Positions 50,000 through 62,916 of a DNA stretch of 64,000 nt are shown here, piece by piece; position 1 is the first letter of the stretch; each line of letters begins with the position of its first letter. The notes beneath the pieces are model-generated. The model did not search any database. It was not told where the DNA came from and saw only the letters and a list, made by a program, of their open reading frames with translations. This DNA is from Laetmonice hystrix (taxonomy: Eukaryota): contig OZ249436.1 in NCBI GenBank assembly GCA_965235115.1, positions 3,038,001 through 3,102,000 of the forward strand. The letters are read 5' to 3'. The position numbers and the translations under genes are program-made.

Positions 50000-51815
50000 C
50001 TCACACACAGCTCCCAGTGAACGGTTGGGTCTAACACACAGCTCCCAGTGAACGGCTGGGTCTCACACACAGCTCCCAGTGAACGGTTGGGTCTCACACA
50101 CAGCTCCCAGTGAACGGTTGGGTCTCACACACAGCTCCCAGTGAACGGCTGGGTCTCACACACAGCTCCTAGTGAACGGTTGGGTCTCACACACAGCTCC
50201 CAGTGAACGGTTGGGTCTCACACACAGCTCCTAGTGAACGGTTGGGTCTCACACACAGCTCCCAATGAACGGTTGGGTCTCACACACAGCTCCCAGTGAA
50301 CGGTTGGGTCTCACACACAGCTCCCAGTGAACGGCTGGGTCTCACACACAGCTCCCAGTGAACGGTTGGGTCTTACACAGCTCCCAGTGAACGGTTGGGT
50401 ACAGTTCCCAGTGAACAGTTGGGACTAAGATACAGTTGAAAGTAAACAGTTAAATTGATGGAGAAAGTAAAATAAAAGATGACTTCATTATATGATTGGA
50501 ATGTGTGTTTTCTTTTTTAGAAATAAGTCAGAAAAGTATCGAGATGAATTTAAATGGGAGACAGAGTATCGAAATTCCTTAATATTGGTGCATTTGATTT
50601 TGACCATCCTACTTTGAATGTATAGTTATTCTTTAATACTAAAGAGCAAGAACAGTCAACAGAGGCAAGAAACGCTTCTGTAGTGGTCACGTGACCAGGT
50701 AATGTACTCAGCGCCATCTACTGTTTGATGTTTGTGATACCAGCACTGAATGACACCATGTCTCTGGCTATGATCTCCATTGATAAGGCCTATCTTGTGT
50801 TATGTATTGATCAGTGAAACAGTTTTGACACGTAACCTTGTCAGTACCGTACATAACAGGCTGTTTTAGGTTGCCTCATGTGCAAAGACGGAATTTTGAA
50901 CACCAAATAACAGATATGGATCCTACATTCTTTTGCTTTTCAACCTACCATCTTCTTTTGTGCACCAAAAAGAAAGATGACGTACAGCAGTCTGTGGTGG
51001 AACATTTAGGAGATCCTGAGGAATTGCTGTCGTACGATATGGAAGTGTATTTTATGGGAGTGCAAATGAAAAGAGACTGATTGCTTAATTCTAAACCACG
51101 ACTTTTATTAAAACTTTTATTTTTCAGTAAAAAACAGTGTATAATCATTTATTATCTGCCTTGAAAGTTGCATGGAAGTGATCCAAGCACTTGCACAAAG
51201 CACAAAGGCGGAGAATTTGAGAGTGGTGTGAGGAGAAAATTCACAGCAAAGATTCATGAATCCAAAGTTAAAGCTGACATGTTGGTACAAAACGACATGT
51301 CAGTAAATGTGATTCATACGTGTGGCTGTGGTTTTATATTAGATACCCGAGAGAGCGTTCCTCACGGTTAGAACGCTATCATTGAGTTAGTTTTATGCTT
51401 TCAGCCCCTGTGGCGGCTCAGGCAAGGTATCACCACCCTAATTTATGGATTACTCTCTCTGTTTTGCTGTCAGTTAGTGAGTAGTACGGTTACCTATGCT
51501 CCGGTATGCTCCACTGGGATTTCAGTCCAGGGAAGAGTGATTGGGTGTTAAATGATTCATGCTTCTCCCGCTAGATGGAGCTATTACGTGAGATTTCCTA
51601 TGTATTTCTGAAACGATAAGTACTGATTACAAACTGATAGATCGTTCCATGATCTTTAGATGATTGCACAAAGGAGTTAATTCTAATAGGGAGCAGGCAC
51701 TGAATCTTTTAATAATGTGTAGGGTCCATATAAACATTTGAAATGGCATGCATCAGACAACATTACCCTATGGATCTAGTTCACCAAAATCTAGTATACT
51801 ACCGAGCCGCCGACA

Positions 51816-53051
51816 GAAACTGGTTAGTGGACAGAACGAAGCCATGTTCTGAAACTGGTTAGTGGACAGAACCAAGCCATGTTCTAAGAACTGGTTAGTG
51901 GACAGAACCAAGCCATGTTCAGAAACTGGTTAGTGGACAGAACGAAGCCATGTTCTGAAACTGGTTAGTGGACAGAACCAAGCCATGTTCAGAAACTGGT
52001 TAGTGGACAGAACCAAGCCATGTTCTAAGAACTGGTTAGTGGACAGAACCAAGCCATGCTCAGAAACTGGTTAGTGGACAGAACCAAGCCATGTTCTGAA
52101 ACTGGTTAGTGGACAGAACCAAGACATGTTCTGAAACTGGTTAGTGGACAGAACGAAGCCATGTTCTGAAACTGGTTAGTGGACAGAACGAAGCCATGTT
52201 CTGAAACTGGTTAGTGGACAGAACCAAGCCATGTTCTGAAACTGGTTAGTGGACAGAACCAAGCCATGTTCTGAAACTGGTTAGTGGACAGAACCAAGCC
52301 ATGCTCAGAAACTGGTTAGTGTACAGAACGAAGCCATGTTCTGAAACTGGTTAGTGGACAGAACCAAGCCATATTCTAAGAACTGGTTAGTGGACAGAAC
52401 CAAGCCATGCTCAGAAACTGGTTAGTGTACAGAACCAAGCCATGTTCTGAAACTGGTTAGTGGACAGAACCAAGCCATATTCTAAGAACTGGTTAGTGGA
52501 CAGAACCAAGCCATGTTCTGAAACTGGTTAGTGTACAGAACCAAGCCATGTTCTGAAACTGGTTAGTGGACAGAACCAAGCCATATTCTAAGAACTGGTT
52601 AGTGGACAGAACCAAGCCATGTTCTGAAACTGGTTAGTGGACAGAACCAAGACATGTTCTGAAACAGGTTAGTGGACAGAACCAAGCCATGTTCTAAGAA
52701 CTGGTTAGTGGAAAGAACGAAGCCATGTTCTGAAACAGGTTAGTGGACAGAACCAAGCCATGCTCAGAAACTGGTTAGAGTACAGAACCAAGCCATGTTC
52801 TGAAACTACATGTAGTTAGTGGACAAAACGAAGCCATGTTCTAAGAACTGGTTAGTGGTACAGAACCTAGCCATGTTCAGAAACTGGTTAGTGGACAGAA
52901 CCAAGCCATGTTCTGAAACATGTTAGTGGACAGAACCAAGCCATGTTCTGAAACATGTTAGTGGACAGAACGAAGCCATGTTCTAAGAACTGGTTAGTGG
53001 TACAGAACCTAGCCATGTTCAGAAACTGGTTAGTGGACAGAACCAAGCCAT
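51816..53051. repeat. 35/37-bp tandem array x~34
   Basis: GAAACTGGTTAGTGGACAGAACCAAGCCATGTTCT(AA). Confidence 0.97.
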
Positions 53052-54254
53052 GTGAAGGTGAGTCAGACGGATTCGTGAGGAGTAGTTTAAATATCAATGA
53101 TTTAATCCAAACAGATCTATAGGCTGTCACTGGCTGACCACTCAGTCCAGGCACCTCCTGCCCTTATACCCTGGGAGACAGTACAATTAAATAGGACGTC
53201 ATTGGTGGCATAAAACATTGTATTGGTGGCATAAAACATTGTATTGACCTTTCAACAGATGGTGTGGCTTTTCACTTATAATTTTGATGGTCAAGTAGCA
53301 AGAAAAGAATTGCTCCGTAACTGGCCGATGATTGTAAGTTTCATTTATGTTACCGAATCCGATGGAGAAGTAGCTGTCAGAAATATTCATGAGAAATGTG
53401 AGAGCTGTGAATTTATGATTCATGGCCAATCCGAGTAAAGGTCTCGGTAGAATTGTAACATTTCATAAGGTGTTGACAAGTTTGGAGGGTGAACCTACAC
53501 AAGTTGGCCACTGATGATAGCAGTTGTGTTGGTGATGTGAGTTGTAATGGCTGTGTAGCACACTCTAAGCGGTGGGCAGGGTCCCCAGTGTGTTTAAACC
53601 GCCCATACATATCGTCCTATTGGGATCAGGCATCATCAAGTTTAGAGGTTGGAGGCCTCGTGTATCGATTCCAAGTGGCAAGGGACCAGAAAGCGGGTTG
53701 TGCAAGCGGCGGTTGTCCCTAATACCCGGGCCGGATGAAATGATCGATGGTACTGTTTCTTCTCTGAAGTAGTTATTTATTAATCAGGTTTTGTTGTTTT
53801 CTGTGGTTTGTACATGGATTTTCATCATCATATCCTTATGAATTCATATGAGTGAATTCCTCTCAGAAACACACAACTGAGTGGATTCGAGAGACGGTCA
53901 GAACTGTGATTTTTCCGGGGTTTTTTGCCGGATTTAGATTGCACCATTTTAAAGTACATGAAATTGTCAATTTTTTCGCCAAGGGAGGGGACACCCCTTC
54001 CAAGTTGCGCCACAAAAGTTCAGGTTTCTTTTCTCCGTCACCTGGTCACACCCCTGCACTGTTCACTTGCAATGGAAGGAGAAATTCATTTTATTGGCCT
54101 TCGGCAGTTTGAAAAGGTGAACTCGTCGGGTTCAGCTTACGCTCAGTATAAATAGATTAGATCCTCATGTGTTACAAGCATTAGATATTACACTACCACG
54201 TGTTTTGTCGCTGCCGGTGACCCTTCACCTCTGACATTTGACCTGTAATGAGAC

Positions 54255-54320
54255 AGGTAGCCGGATGTACGTGAGGTCACGTGGTGCACAGCCGGAACGG
54301 TTGTTGATTGGCGGAAACCC
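54255..54320. promoter_or_regulatory. Promoter-like motif cluster with no assigned gene
   Basis: CCGGATGT (ETS) 54261, GTCACGTG (E-box) 54276, CCGGAA 54292, GATTGG (CCAAT) 54306, GGCGGAAA (E2F-like) 54310. Confidence 0.4.
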
Positions 54321-54852
54321 AGAAATCGATTGAAGGACGCAGCGTCCCCAGCTGAGTGGCCTCTACCGTTTTGGTGGTTTAAAAAAAAATAATGTAGACT
54401 AGAACAGAGGTAAAAACAGTACTATTCACCATTCAGACACATAAAGGTCTGACAGGTCATTGGTCTGACAGGGATTGGTCCAAGATTTGTCAAGGGGACA
54501 GCAAAAAGTGTGTCCAGCAGTATCCAACTAATATCTATGACCAAAAAAATGAAAAACTTGTACAACCTGTCAAGGGGGAAGGGGGGGGGGGCAGACCCCC
54601 TGAACCCTCCTCGATCCACCGGTGCCTCATGATAATTGTAATACATTGGAAGATCTAGATTTGATTCAACATGGCGGCAGTGACCTTTGTTTGATTCAAC
54701 ATGGCGGCAGTGACCTTTGGACACTCTGTGCCCTGATGTATGAACTGCATGAGTTGTTTACAGAATGGAAGTGTCAAAGGTATCGGTGTAATGATGGTTA
54801 GCAGGTGTCAGGGAAACCCCAAGTTCACTCTGAGTAAATAGATTTGTATTTC

Positions 54853-55412
54853 ATGCCACCAGCATGGAGTAATACTACTGTGATTTATGCCACCAGCATG
54901 TAGTAATACTACTGTGGTTTATGCCACCAGCATGTAGTAATACTACTGTGGTGTATGCCACCAGCATGTAGTAATACTACTGTGGTTTATGCCACCAGCA
55001 TGTAGTAATAATACTACTGTGGTTTATGCCACCAGCATGTAATACTACTGTGGTTTATGCCACCAGCATGTAGTAATACTACTGTGGTTTCTGCCACCAG
55101 CATGTAGTAATACTACTGTGGTTTATGCCACCAGCATGTAGTAATACTACTGTGGTTTATGCCACCAGCATGTAGTAATACTACTGTGGTTTATGCCACC
55201 AGCATGTAGTAATACTACTGTGGTTTATGCCACCAGCATGTAGTAATACTACTGTGGTTTCTGCCACCAGCATGTAGTAATACTACTGTCGTTTATACCA
55301 TCAGCATGTAGTAATACTACTGTGGTTTCTGCCACCAGCATGTAGTAATACTACTGTCGTTTATACCACCAGCATGTAGTAATACTACTGTGGTTTATGC
55401 CACCAGCATGTA
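54853..55412. repeat. 34-bp tandem array x~16 with internal palindrome
   Basis: TGCCACCAGCATGTAGTAATACTACTGTGGTTTA; contains GTAGTA-A-TACTAC. Confidence 0.96.
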
Positions 55413-57505
55413 GTTAGGGATAAGGTCAGGGCTAGGGATAGCGATAGATCTTTACTTCTAACCAAATTTCGTAGGGGTTGAGTTACCATGAATAATATAC
55501 CAGTGTTTCTTTGCTTGCCTTGATGGCTGCGCCAGTGCCTGTCAAAAGGACTTCTGTTAGTGCTAGGGTACCTGTCCAACCCCTTTCACGTTACAATTTA
55601 TCTTGTCGAGTCTTCCCCTCCTCCTCCCGAGTAGAGAGATTTATCACCGAGAGAAACTGCATTTCCTTTGTGGATCGATTGAGTTTTGATTGCCACGCTA
55701 GATTCCTGTATAAAATCTTGCCACTTTATTTCTCCTACATTTTAAATACATTGTGCCTCACATCTGCGCCAGAGAGGGGGGGGGGACTTCTTCCTGTTTT
55801 CAAAGTGGTAACATCAACAGAGTCCCTGAAAGGCTAAAAAAATAACAAACAAACAAAAACAAAACAAAACAAAAAGAAACAGAAGTGTTAAGCAAAAGCA
55901 AGATTGATTACGTTTTTACGAACTGATCCCTGGCCACATCCCTTCGAAACGTTGGTCCTCGTATATAACCTAGTTTTAACGTACATCCATTCTCTGGGTA
56001 CATGGTGTGTATGAAAAACACGGCGGGTCATAGAATTATTTATGGCTTGCCTTGATAAGTGATCGAGTTAGAAAGGTTTCTTCATTTACTGCGTGGCGGT
56101 CACAATGAGGTCCGGACGTGGAGCTCGCGCCCCTTGTGTGGGAGCTGGAAGTGGTGGTGAATGTTAGCAAGCTCTACTGGGGGTTTTAGGTTCTCCACCA
56201 TACACGAGGTTCGCTAGGGACCGAGGCACGGTCGGTATACATGTCTGTGAAGGATACTCTAAGGGTCAGAAAGGTGATGGCCAGTTATAGGATAGTGCCC
56301 AGGGTAGAAACGGTCCATCAGCCCAACATCTAGCACCTTCGTGTGGCTATTGTGACCATCGGACCATTCATTGTCTGTGCCTGTTGTCAAAGTTCTCCAT
56401 CAGCCCTGCACAACATACTGACCGTATTTATACAGACTAAATAAAAATTACAACAGGCAGTGTCCACATATAATAAAAGATATTGTTTAAATAGCGTGCA
56501 AAGGTCATTGGCAAGTTATGCCCCCACCATTCTTCATGTCGTCGTTGTTGCATGTGTTGGGAAAGAAGCTCCCCCAGAAGTAAATGATCATATCGTGATG
56601 TACCCCAGGGACTCATTTAGCTGTCTAGCTCTTGTCCTCCTCCTGAATACTACAGATACTCGGAAGCTGATGTTATGTTGAAGAGGTACCTCTAGATCTT
56701 GACATCTAAAGAGGACACAAGCAAACTGTTCTATCTATGTTATATTGTCTCCCTAAAGCTTTGTCAGAGGGAACCCAGCCGGTTGTAAACTAGAGATAAC
56801 GATATTTACAAATGATTTTTGTTACTAGTAGAGCCATATTATTGTGCACAGCTATTATAATACATTTTTATGATCACAACGAGACATTAATTCTATGATG
56901 TATAACGTCTACCACGAACCAAACGCCATCAGTTTATGACCCCGCATGTTACATTGAACGTTTTGTATCAATTTGTCTTTCTGTGACTGACATTTATGAT
57001 GCTGAGAGAGAGATTAAATCGTATTAGTTGGACAAACATCATTACGTGTGCATCTGGAGAAAACAGTTGGCTGCAAGATTATCCATGTGTTGTTGGTCCA
57101 GTATGGGGGGGGGGGATTGTTAGGAGATGGAAATAGTTTGTTTTGATAAAAGTGGGGAATAATAAATCTAATTTATCCTGATTCAAAGGAAAGTTTTATT
57201 GAAGACAGAACTCATTCTTGAACGAAATGAAATGAAACTTGGAGAAGGGGGGGAGGGGGGTACGTGGCGGAGGTGTCCACTGGGCCGCTAGATGGCGTTA
57301 CAACCAACCGGGAAGATGACCCCCCAATAACCCCCAGCTGACCTCCTCCAGTGTGAGGTCACGGCCATCACCCAGGAGAAAGTTTTCATTACGATCTCAT
57401 TGGCTCTGCTTGTCCAGACTAACCACCTGGTGGACGGCTATGGTACCACCGTGCGGACAGGGGCAGGATGATGATGGAGCAGCAGTGTACTCTCACACCG
57501 GACGG

Positions 57506-58436
57506 CGTCTGTCACAGCACACCTGTGGGCCCCACCTCAGCCGGTGGTGGCCACTGCGTCTGTCACAGCATACCTGTGGGCCACTGCGTCTGTCAAGCAC
57601 ACCTGTGGGCCACTGCGTCTGTCACATCACACCTGTGGGCCCCACCTCAGCCGGTGGTGGCCACTGCGTCTGTCACAGCATACCTGTGGGCCACTGCGTC
57701 TGTCACATCACACCTGTGGGCCACTGCGTCTGTCACATCACACCTGTGGGCCACTGCGTCTGTCACATCACACCTGTGGGCCACTGCGTCACTGTCTGTC
57801 ACAGCACACCTGTGGGTCACTGTGTCTGTCACAGCACACCTGTGGGTCACATCTCACCTGTGGGCCACTGCGTCTGTCACAGCACACCTGTGGGCCACTG
57901 CGTCTGTCACAGCACACCTGTGGGTCACTGCGTCTGTCACAGCACACCTGCGGGCCAGTGTCTCTCACAGCACACCTGTGGGCCACTGCGTCTGTCACAG
58001 CACACCTGTGGGCCACTGCGTCTGTCACAGCACACCTGTGGGCCACTGCGTCTGTCACATCACACCTGTGGGCCACTGCGTCTGTCACAGCACACCTGTG
58101 GGCCACTGCGTCTGTCACAGCACACCTGTGGGCCACTGCGTTTGTCACAGCACACCTGTGGGCCACTGCGTTTGTCACAGCACACCTGTGGGCCACTGCG
58201 TCTGTCACAGCACACCTGTGGGCCACTGCGTCTGTCACATCACAGCTGTGAGCCACTGCGTCACTACGTCTGTCACAGCACACCTGTGGGTCACTGCGTC
58301 TGTCACAGCACACCTGTGGGCCACTGCGTCTGTCACAGCACACCTGTGGGCCACTACGTTTGTCACAGCACACCTGTGGGTCACTGCGTCTGTCACAGCA
58401 CACCTAGGGCCACTGCATCTGTCACAGCACACCTGT
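57506..58436. repeat. 30-bp GC-rich tandem array x~30
   Basis: CACCTGTGGGCCACTGCGTCTGTCACAGCA; explains ORFs 57353..58496. Confidence 0.96.
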
Positions 58437-58658
58437 CCCCGCCTCAGGCGGTGGTGGCCACTGAGCAAGGCGCCCACTAATAATAATGTGTGTTAAAGGT
58501 AGTCTCGGGTTAAACCAGAGACAGAGATATATCAATCTCTTTACTTCGTCCTCCAACTTTGTAATTATATATCCATATCAGAATTATTTTTATAGGTTGA
58601 TATTGACGCACGCCTTCAGAGCCCCTGCGAAAAATCCTGCACGTGCACCTGAAGGAAT

Positions 58659-58742
58659 ATGTGGATTGTGAGAATGTGGATTGTGAGAATGTGGATTGGG
58701 AAAATGTGGATTGGGAAAATGTGGATTGTGGATCGTGAGAAT
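58659..58742. repeat. 15-bp tandem array x~5
   Basis: AATGTGGATTG(T/G)GA(G/A). Confidence 0.9.
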
Positions 58743-59823
58743 GCAAATCCGATAAAGATCCGATTTTTTTCTTGCTGAACGTCTTTTATTTGTGCAGCAT
58801 GTGCTGAATTACCAAGTTCCGGACATTCTTGGTGTTATAAAAACATATGATGTTTTTGCATGGCAGTTCACTGAGTGCAAGCACCGCCCACATGGTACGA
58901 TGGTAGGTCGATAATAGAGTATTCACCCCATATCATCGCCACCCCACGTTTTTATTATTATCCAGGGAGATATATCTTTGAAATGTGTGTTCATCCTTTC
59001 TAGAGGGGTTACATTAAAGGCTATGATAGAAACATCCCTTGATTTTTACCTGCTCAGTTAAGTTGGTCTCACCTGATGTGGTTACCTGGTACCCTGTAAT
59101 CCATGGTTCCAGAGAACCAATGATGTTGTTACCTGGTACCCTGTAATCCTGTGTCCAGGGAACCAATGACAACCTACACCTGTGTCTCATGTGAATATCC
59201 CGACAATGTAGGTGATTATGGTAGCCAAGCTGAGTACTGGATGTCACTGTGTAGAAAGCAACCTTAAGTTCCCGGGACTCTGCATTCTCAGTATTAAATC
59301 TTGAAAGGAACCCAAAGTGATACATTATTGCATTATTTGCGTTCAGTCAGTTCGCTGTCCACTCCCCACTCCAGACTGAATATCCTTAAAACATAGTTGT
59401 TGTGAACCCCATGCGTAATGCCCCAATCTATCTATACCCTCCACATATAACCCCGCTCCGTGGCAGCAAGAGGGCGTAGTGTCGGAGAGACGTAGAAGGA
59501 CCAACAGGAGTTACCTCCTTCCTACCCTAACAAGGTCAACACGTGTAACTACTTACTGACCCTGTATACCAGGGTAGAAATATCCAGGCTCCTAACTGAA
59601 GGTGGCTGGGTCCCAAATAATCTGCAGGGTATTTGTTAGAGTGGGTAGTTTGAGGATATGCGTAAAAACGGCTGGACTCCAACTATGTGCACATAATTCA
59701 GTTGGCAGCACCCGCCAGTGGTCCAGGGTCCATCGTGATGTACACAGCAACATCAATCTGATGATGTCAGGTGGAGAGTTTCTGCTCCGGGTAAGTGACC
59801 TCAGGGTCAGGTTTCTTTAGTCC

Positions 59824-61634
59824 TGACGAGCCGTGTTACACTGATGTGGTCATAGATTCATACATTATGGTTTCCTTAGTCCCGGCGGGCTGTGACGAGC
59901 CGTGTTACACTGATGTGGTCATAGATTCATACATTATGGTTTCCTTAGTCCTGGCGGGTTGAGACGAGCTACAATGATGTGGTCATAGATTCATACATTA
60001 TGGTTTCCTTAGTTCTGGCGGGTTGAGACGAGCCGTGTTACACTGATGTGGTCACAGATTCATACATTATGGTTTCCTTAGTCCCGGCGGGTTGAGACGA
60101 GCCGTGTTACACTGATGTGGTCATAGATTCATACATTATGGTTTCCTTAGTCCTGGCGGGCTGAGACGAGCCGTGTTAAACTGATGTGGTCATAGATTCA
60201 TACATTATGGTTTCCTTAGTCCCGGCGGGTTGAGACGAGCCGTGTTACACTGATGGTGTCATAGATTCATACATTATGGTTTCCTTAGTCCTGGCGGGTT
60301 GAGACGAGCCGTGTTACACTGATGTGGTCATAGAATCATACATTATGGTTTCCTTAGTCCTGGCGGGTTCAGACGAGCCGTGTTACACTGATGTGGTCAT
60401 AGATTCATACATTATGGTTTCCTTAGTCCTGGCGAGACGAGCCGTGTTACACTGATGTGGTCATAGATTCATACATTATGGTTTCCTTAGTCCCGGCGGG
60501 TTGAGACGAGCCGTGTTACACTGATGTGGTCATAGATTCATACATTATGGTTTTCTTAGTCCTGGCGAGACGAGCCGTGTTACACTGATGTGGTCATAGA
60601 TTCATACATTATGGTTTCCTTAGTCCCGGCGGGTTGAGACGAGCCGTGTTACACTGATGTGGTCATAGATTCATACATTATGGTTTCCTTAGTCCTGGCG
60701 GGTTGAGACGAGCCGTGTTACACTGATGTGGTCATAGATTCATACATTATGGTTTTCTTAGTCCTGGCGAGACGAGCCGTGTTACACTGATGTGGTCATA
60801 GATTCATACATTATGGTTTCCTTAGTCCCGGCGGGTTGAGACGAGCCGTGTTACACTGATGTGGTCATAGATTCATACATTATGGTTTTCTTAGTCCTGG
60901 CGAGACGAGCCGTGTTACACTGATGTGGTCATAGATTCATACATTATGGTTTCCTTAGTCCCGGCGGGTTGAGACGAGCCGTGTTACACTGATGTGGTCA
61001 TAGATTCATACATTATGGTTTTCTTAGTCCTGGCGAGACGAGCCGTGTTACACTGATGTGGTCATAGATTCATACATTATGGTTTCCTTAGTCCTGGCGG
61101 GTTGAGACGAGCCGTGTTACACTGATGTGGTCAGAGATTCATACATTATGGTTTCCTTAGTCCTGGCGGGTTGAGACGAGCCGTGTTACACTGATGTGGT
61201 CATAGATTCATACATTATGGTTTCCTTAGTCCCGGCGGGTTGAGACGAGCCGTGTTACACTGATGTGGTCATAGATTCATACATTATGGTTTCCTTAGTC
61301 CCGGCGGGTTGAGACGAGCCGTGTTACACTGATGTGGTCATAGATTCATACATTATGGTTTCCTTAGTCCCGGCGGGTTGAGACGAGCCGTGTTACACAG
61401 ATGTGGTCATAGATTCATACATTATGGTTTCCTTAGTCCCGGCGGGTTGAGACGAGCCGTGTTACACAGATGTGGTCATAGATTCATACATTATGGTTTC
61501 CTTAGTCCCGGCGGGTTGAGACGAGCCGTGTTACACTGATGTGGTCATAGATTCATACATTATGGTTTCCTTAGTCCTGGCGGGTTGAGACGAGCCGTGT
61601 TACACTGATGTGGTCATAGATTCATACATTATGG
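59824..61634. repeat. 69/64-bp tandem array x~27 with a local dimeric higher-order repeat
   Basis: GACGAGCCGTGTTACACTGATGTGGTCATAGATTCATACATTATGGTTTCCTTAGTCCTGGCG(GGTTG)A. Confidence 0.97.
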
Positions 61635-62142
61635 TGACAGTGGTAGGAACACCCACTGCCACACTCACAAAACCTAGTTACCCGCCACAAACATTGTTAG
61701 GACGGCAAGAGGACATACACCATGTGACATGATTGTATTTGGTCACGTCTTTCCGGGGCCAGGCAGAGTAAGGTCTTGATGAGTTCCACTGCCTACCAAA
61801 CGGCTCAGCCATGATCGTACTCTTGTAGTCCGTGATAATCCTCCATATAATCTCTACAGCACACTAGTTCATCGCTTTCCCACCAGGTGGACCTGGAGAT
61901 AAGGCGGAGAATCAGTTGTAGAAATGCTAATAACCAAAACTGATGAAATATTCGGCGGGTTGGGGTTCCGTACGATTCTATTTCACAAACAGTTGTTATT
62001 ATCGTTCGTGTGTGTGTTTGTGTGTGTTGAAAAAGAAGAAAGAAAAGAAAATCGGGTTGGTCAATATTATATTTATTGCTCATTCCTGGTTGATGTAGTG
62101 GGTGAGCGGATTACATAAACTACCGCAAGGTGGCGAGCCAGA

Positions 62143-62916
62143 ACATTTTGTGGAGGTCAGAGACTGGACGTAAAGACAGAAACATTTTGTGGAGGTCAGA
62201 GACTGGACGTAAAGACAGACACATTTTGTGGAGGTCAGAGACTGGACGTAAAGACAGAAACGTTTTGTGGAGGTCAGAGACGTGACGTAAAGACAGAAAC
62301 GTTTTGTGGAGGTCAGGGACGTGACGTAAAGACAGAAACATTTTGTCGAGTCAGAGACTAGACGTAAAGACAGACGTTTGGTTAATGTCAGAATGGCATG
62401 TTGACCGGGCAGAGACCGGAGGGAGTGGCCAACACTTGCTGTCAGTCATTTTGATAAACATTTTGTGGAGGTCAGAGACTGGACGTAAAGACAGAAACAT
62501 TTTGTGGAGGTCAGAAACGTGACGTAAAGACAGAAACGTTTTATGGGGGTCAGAGACTGGACGTAAAGACAGAAACATTTTGTGGAGGTCAGAGACTGGA
62601 CGTAAAGACAGAAACATTTTGTGGAGGTCAGAAACGTGACGTAAAGACAGAAACGTTTTATGGGGGTCAGAGACTGGACGTAAAGACAGAAACATTTTGT
62701 GGAGGTCAGAGACTGGACGTAAAGACAGAAACATTTTGTCGAGTCAGAGACTGGACGTAAAGACAGAAACATTTTGTGGAGGACAGAAACATGATGTAAA
62801 GACAGAAACATTTTGTCGAGTCAGAGACTAGACGTAAAGACAGACGTTTGGTTAATGTCAGAATGGCATGTTGACCGGGCAGAGACCGGAGGGAGTGGCC
62901 AACACTTGCTGTCAGT
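62143..62916. repeat. 39-bp tandem array duplicated together with its unique flank (~470-bp period)
   Basis: AAACATTTTGTGGAGGTCAGAGACTGGACGTAAAGACAG; unique segment GACAGACGTTTGG...ACTTGCTGTCAGT at ~62369-62446 and ~62839-62915. Confidence 0.93.

Larger units (their letters stand above)
49033..50422. repeat. 31-bp tandem array x~43 with two hairpin insertions
   Basis: GAACGGTTGGGTCTCACACACAGCTCCCAGT; CA-number variants. Confidence 0.97.

Noticed and set aside
57353-58496. Long ORFs of 375, 342 and 235 aa (Cys/His-rich, metallothionein- or keratin-like appearance)
   Set aside because: They are three frames of the same stop-free 30-bp array; no splice or family support
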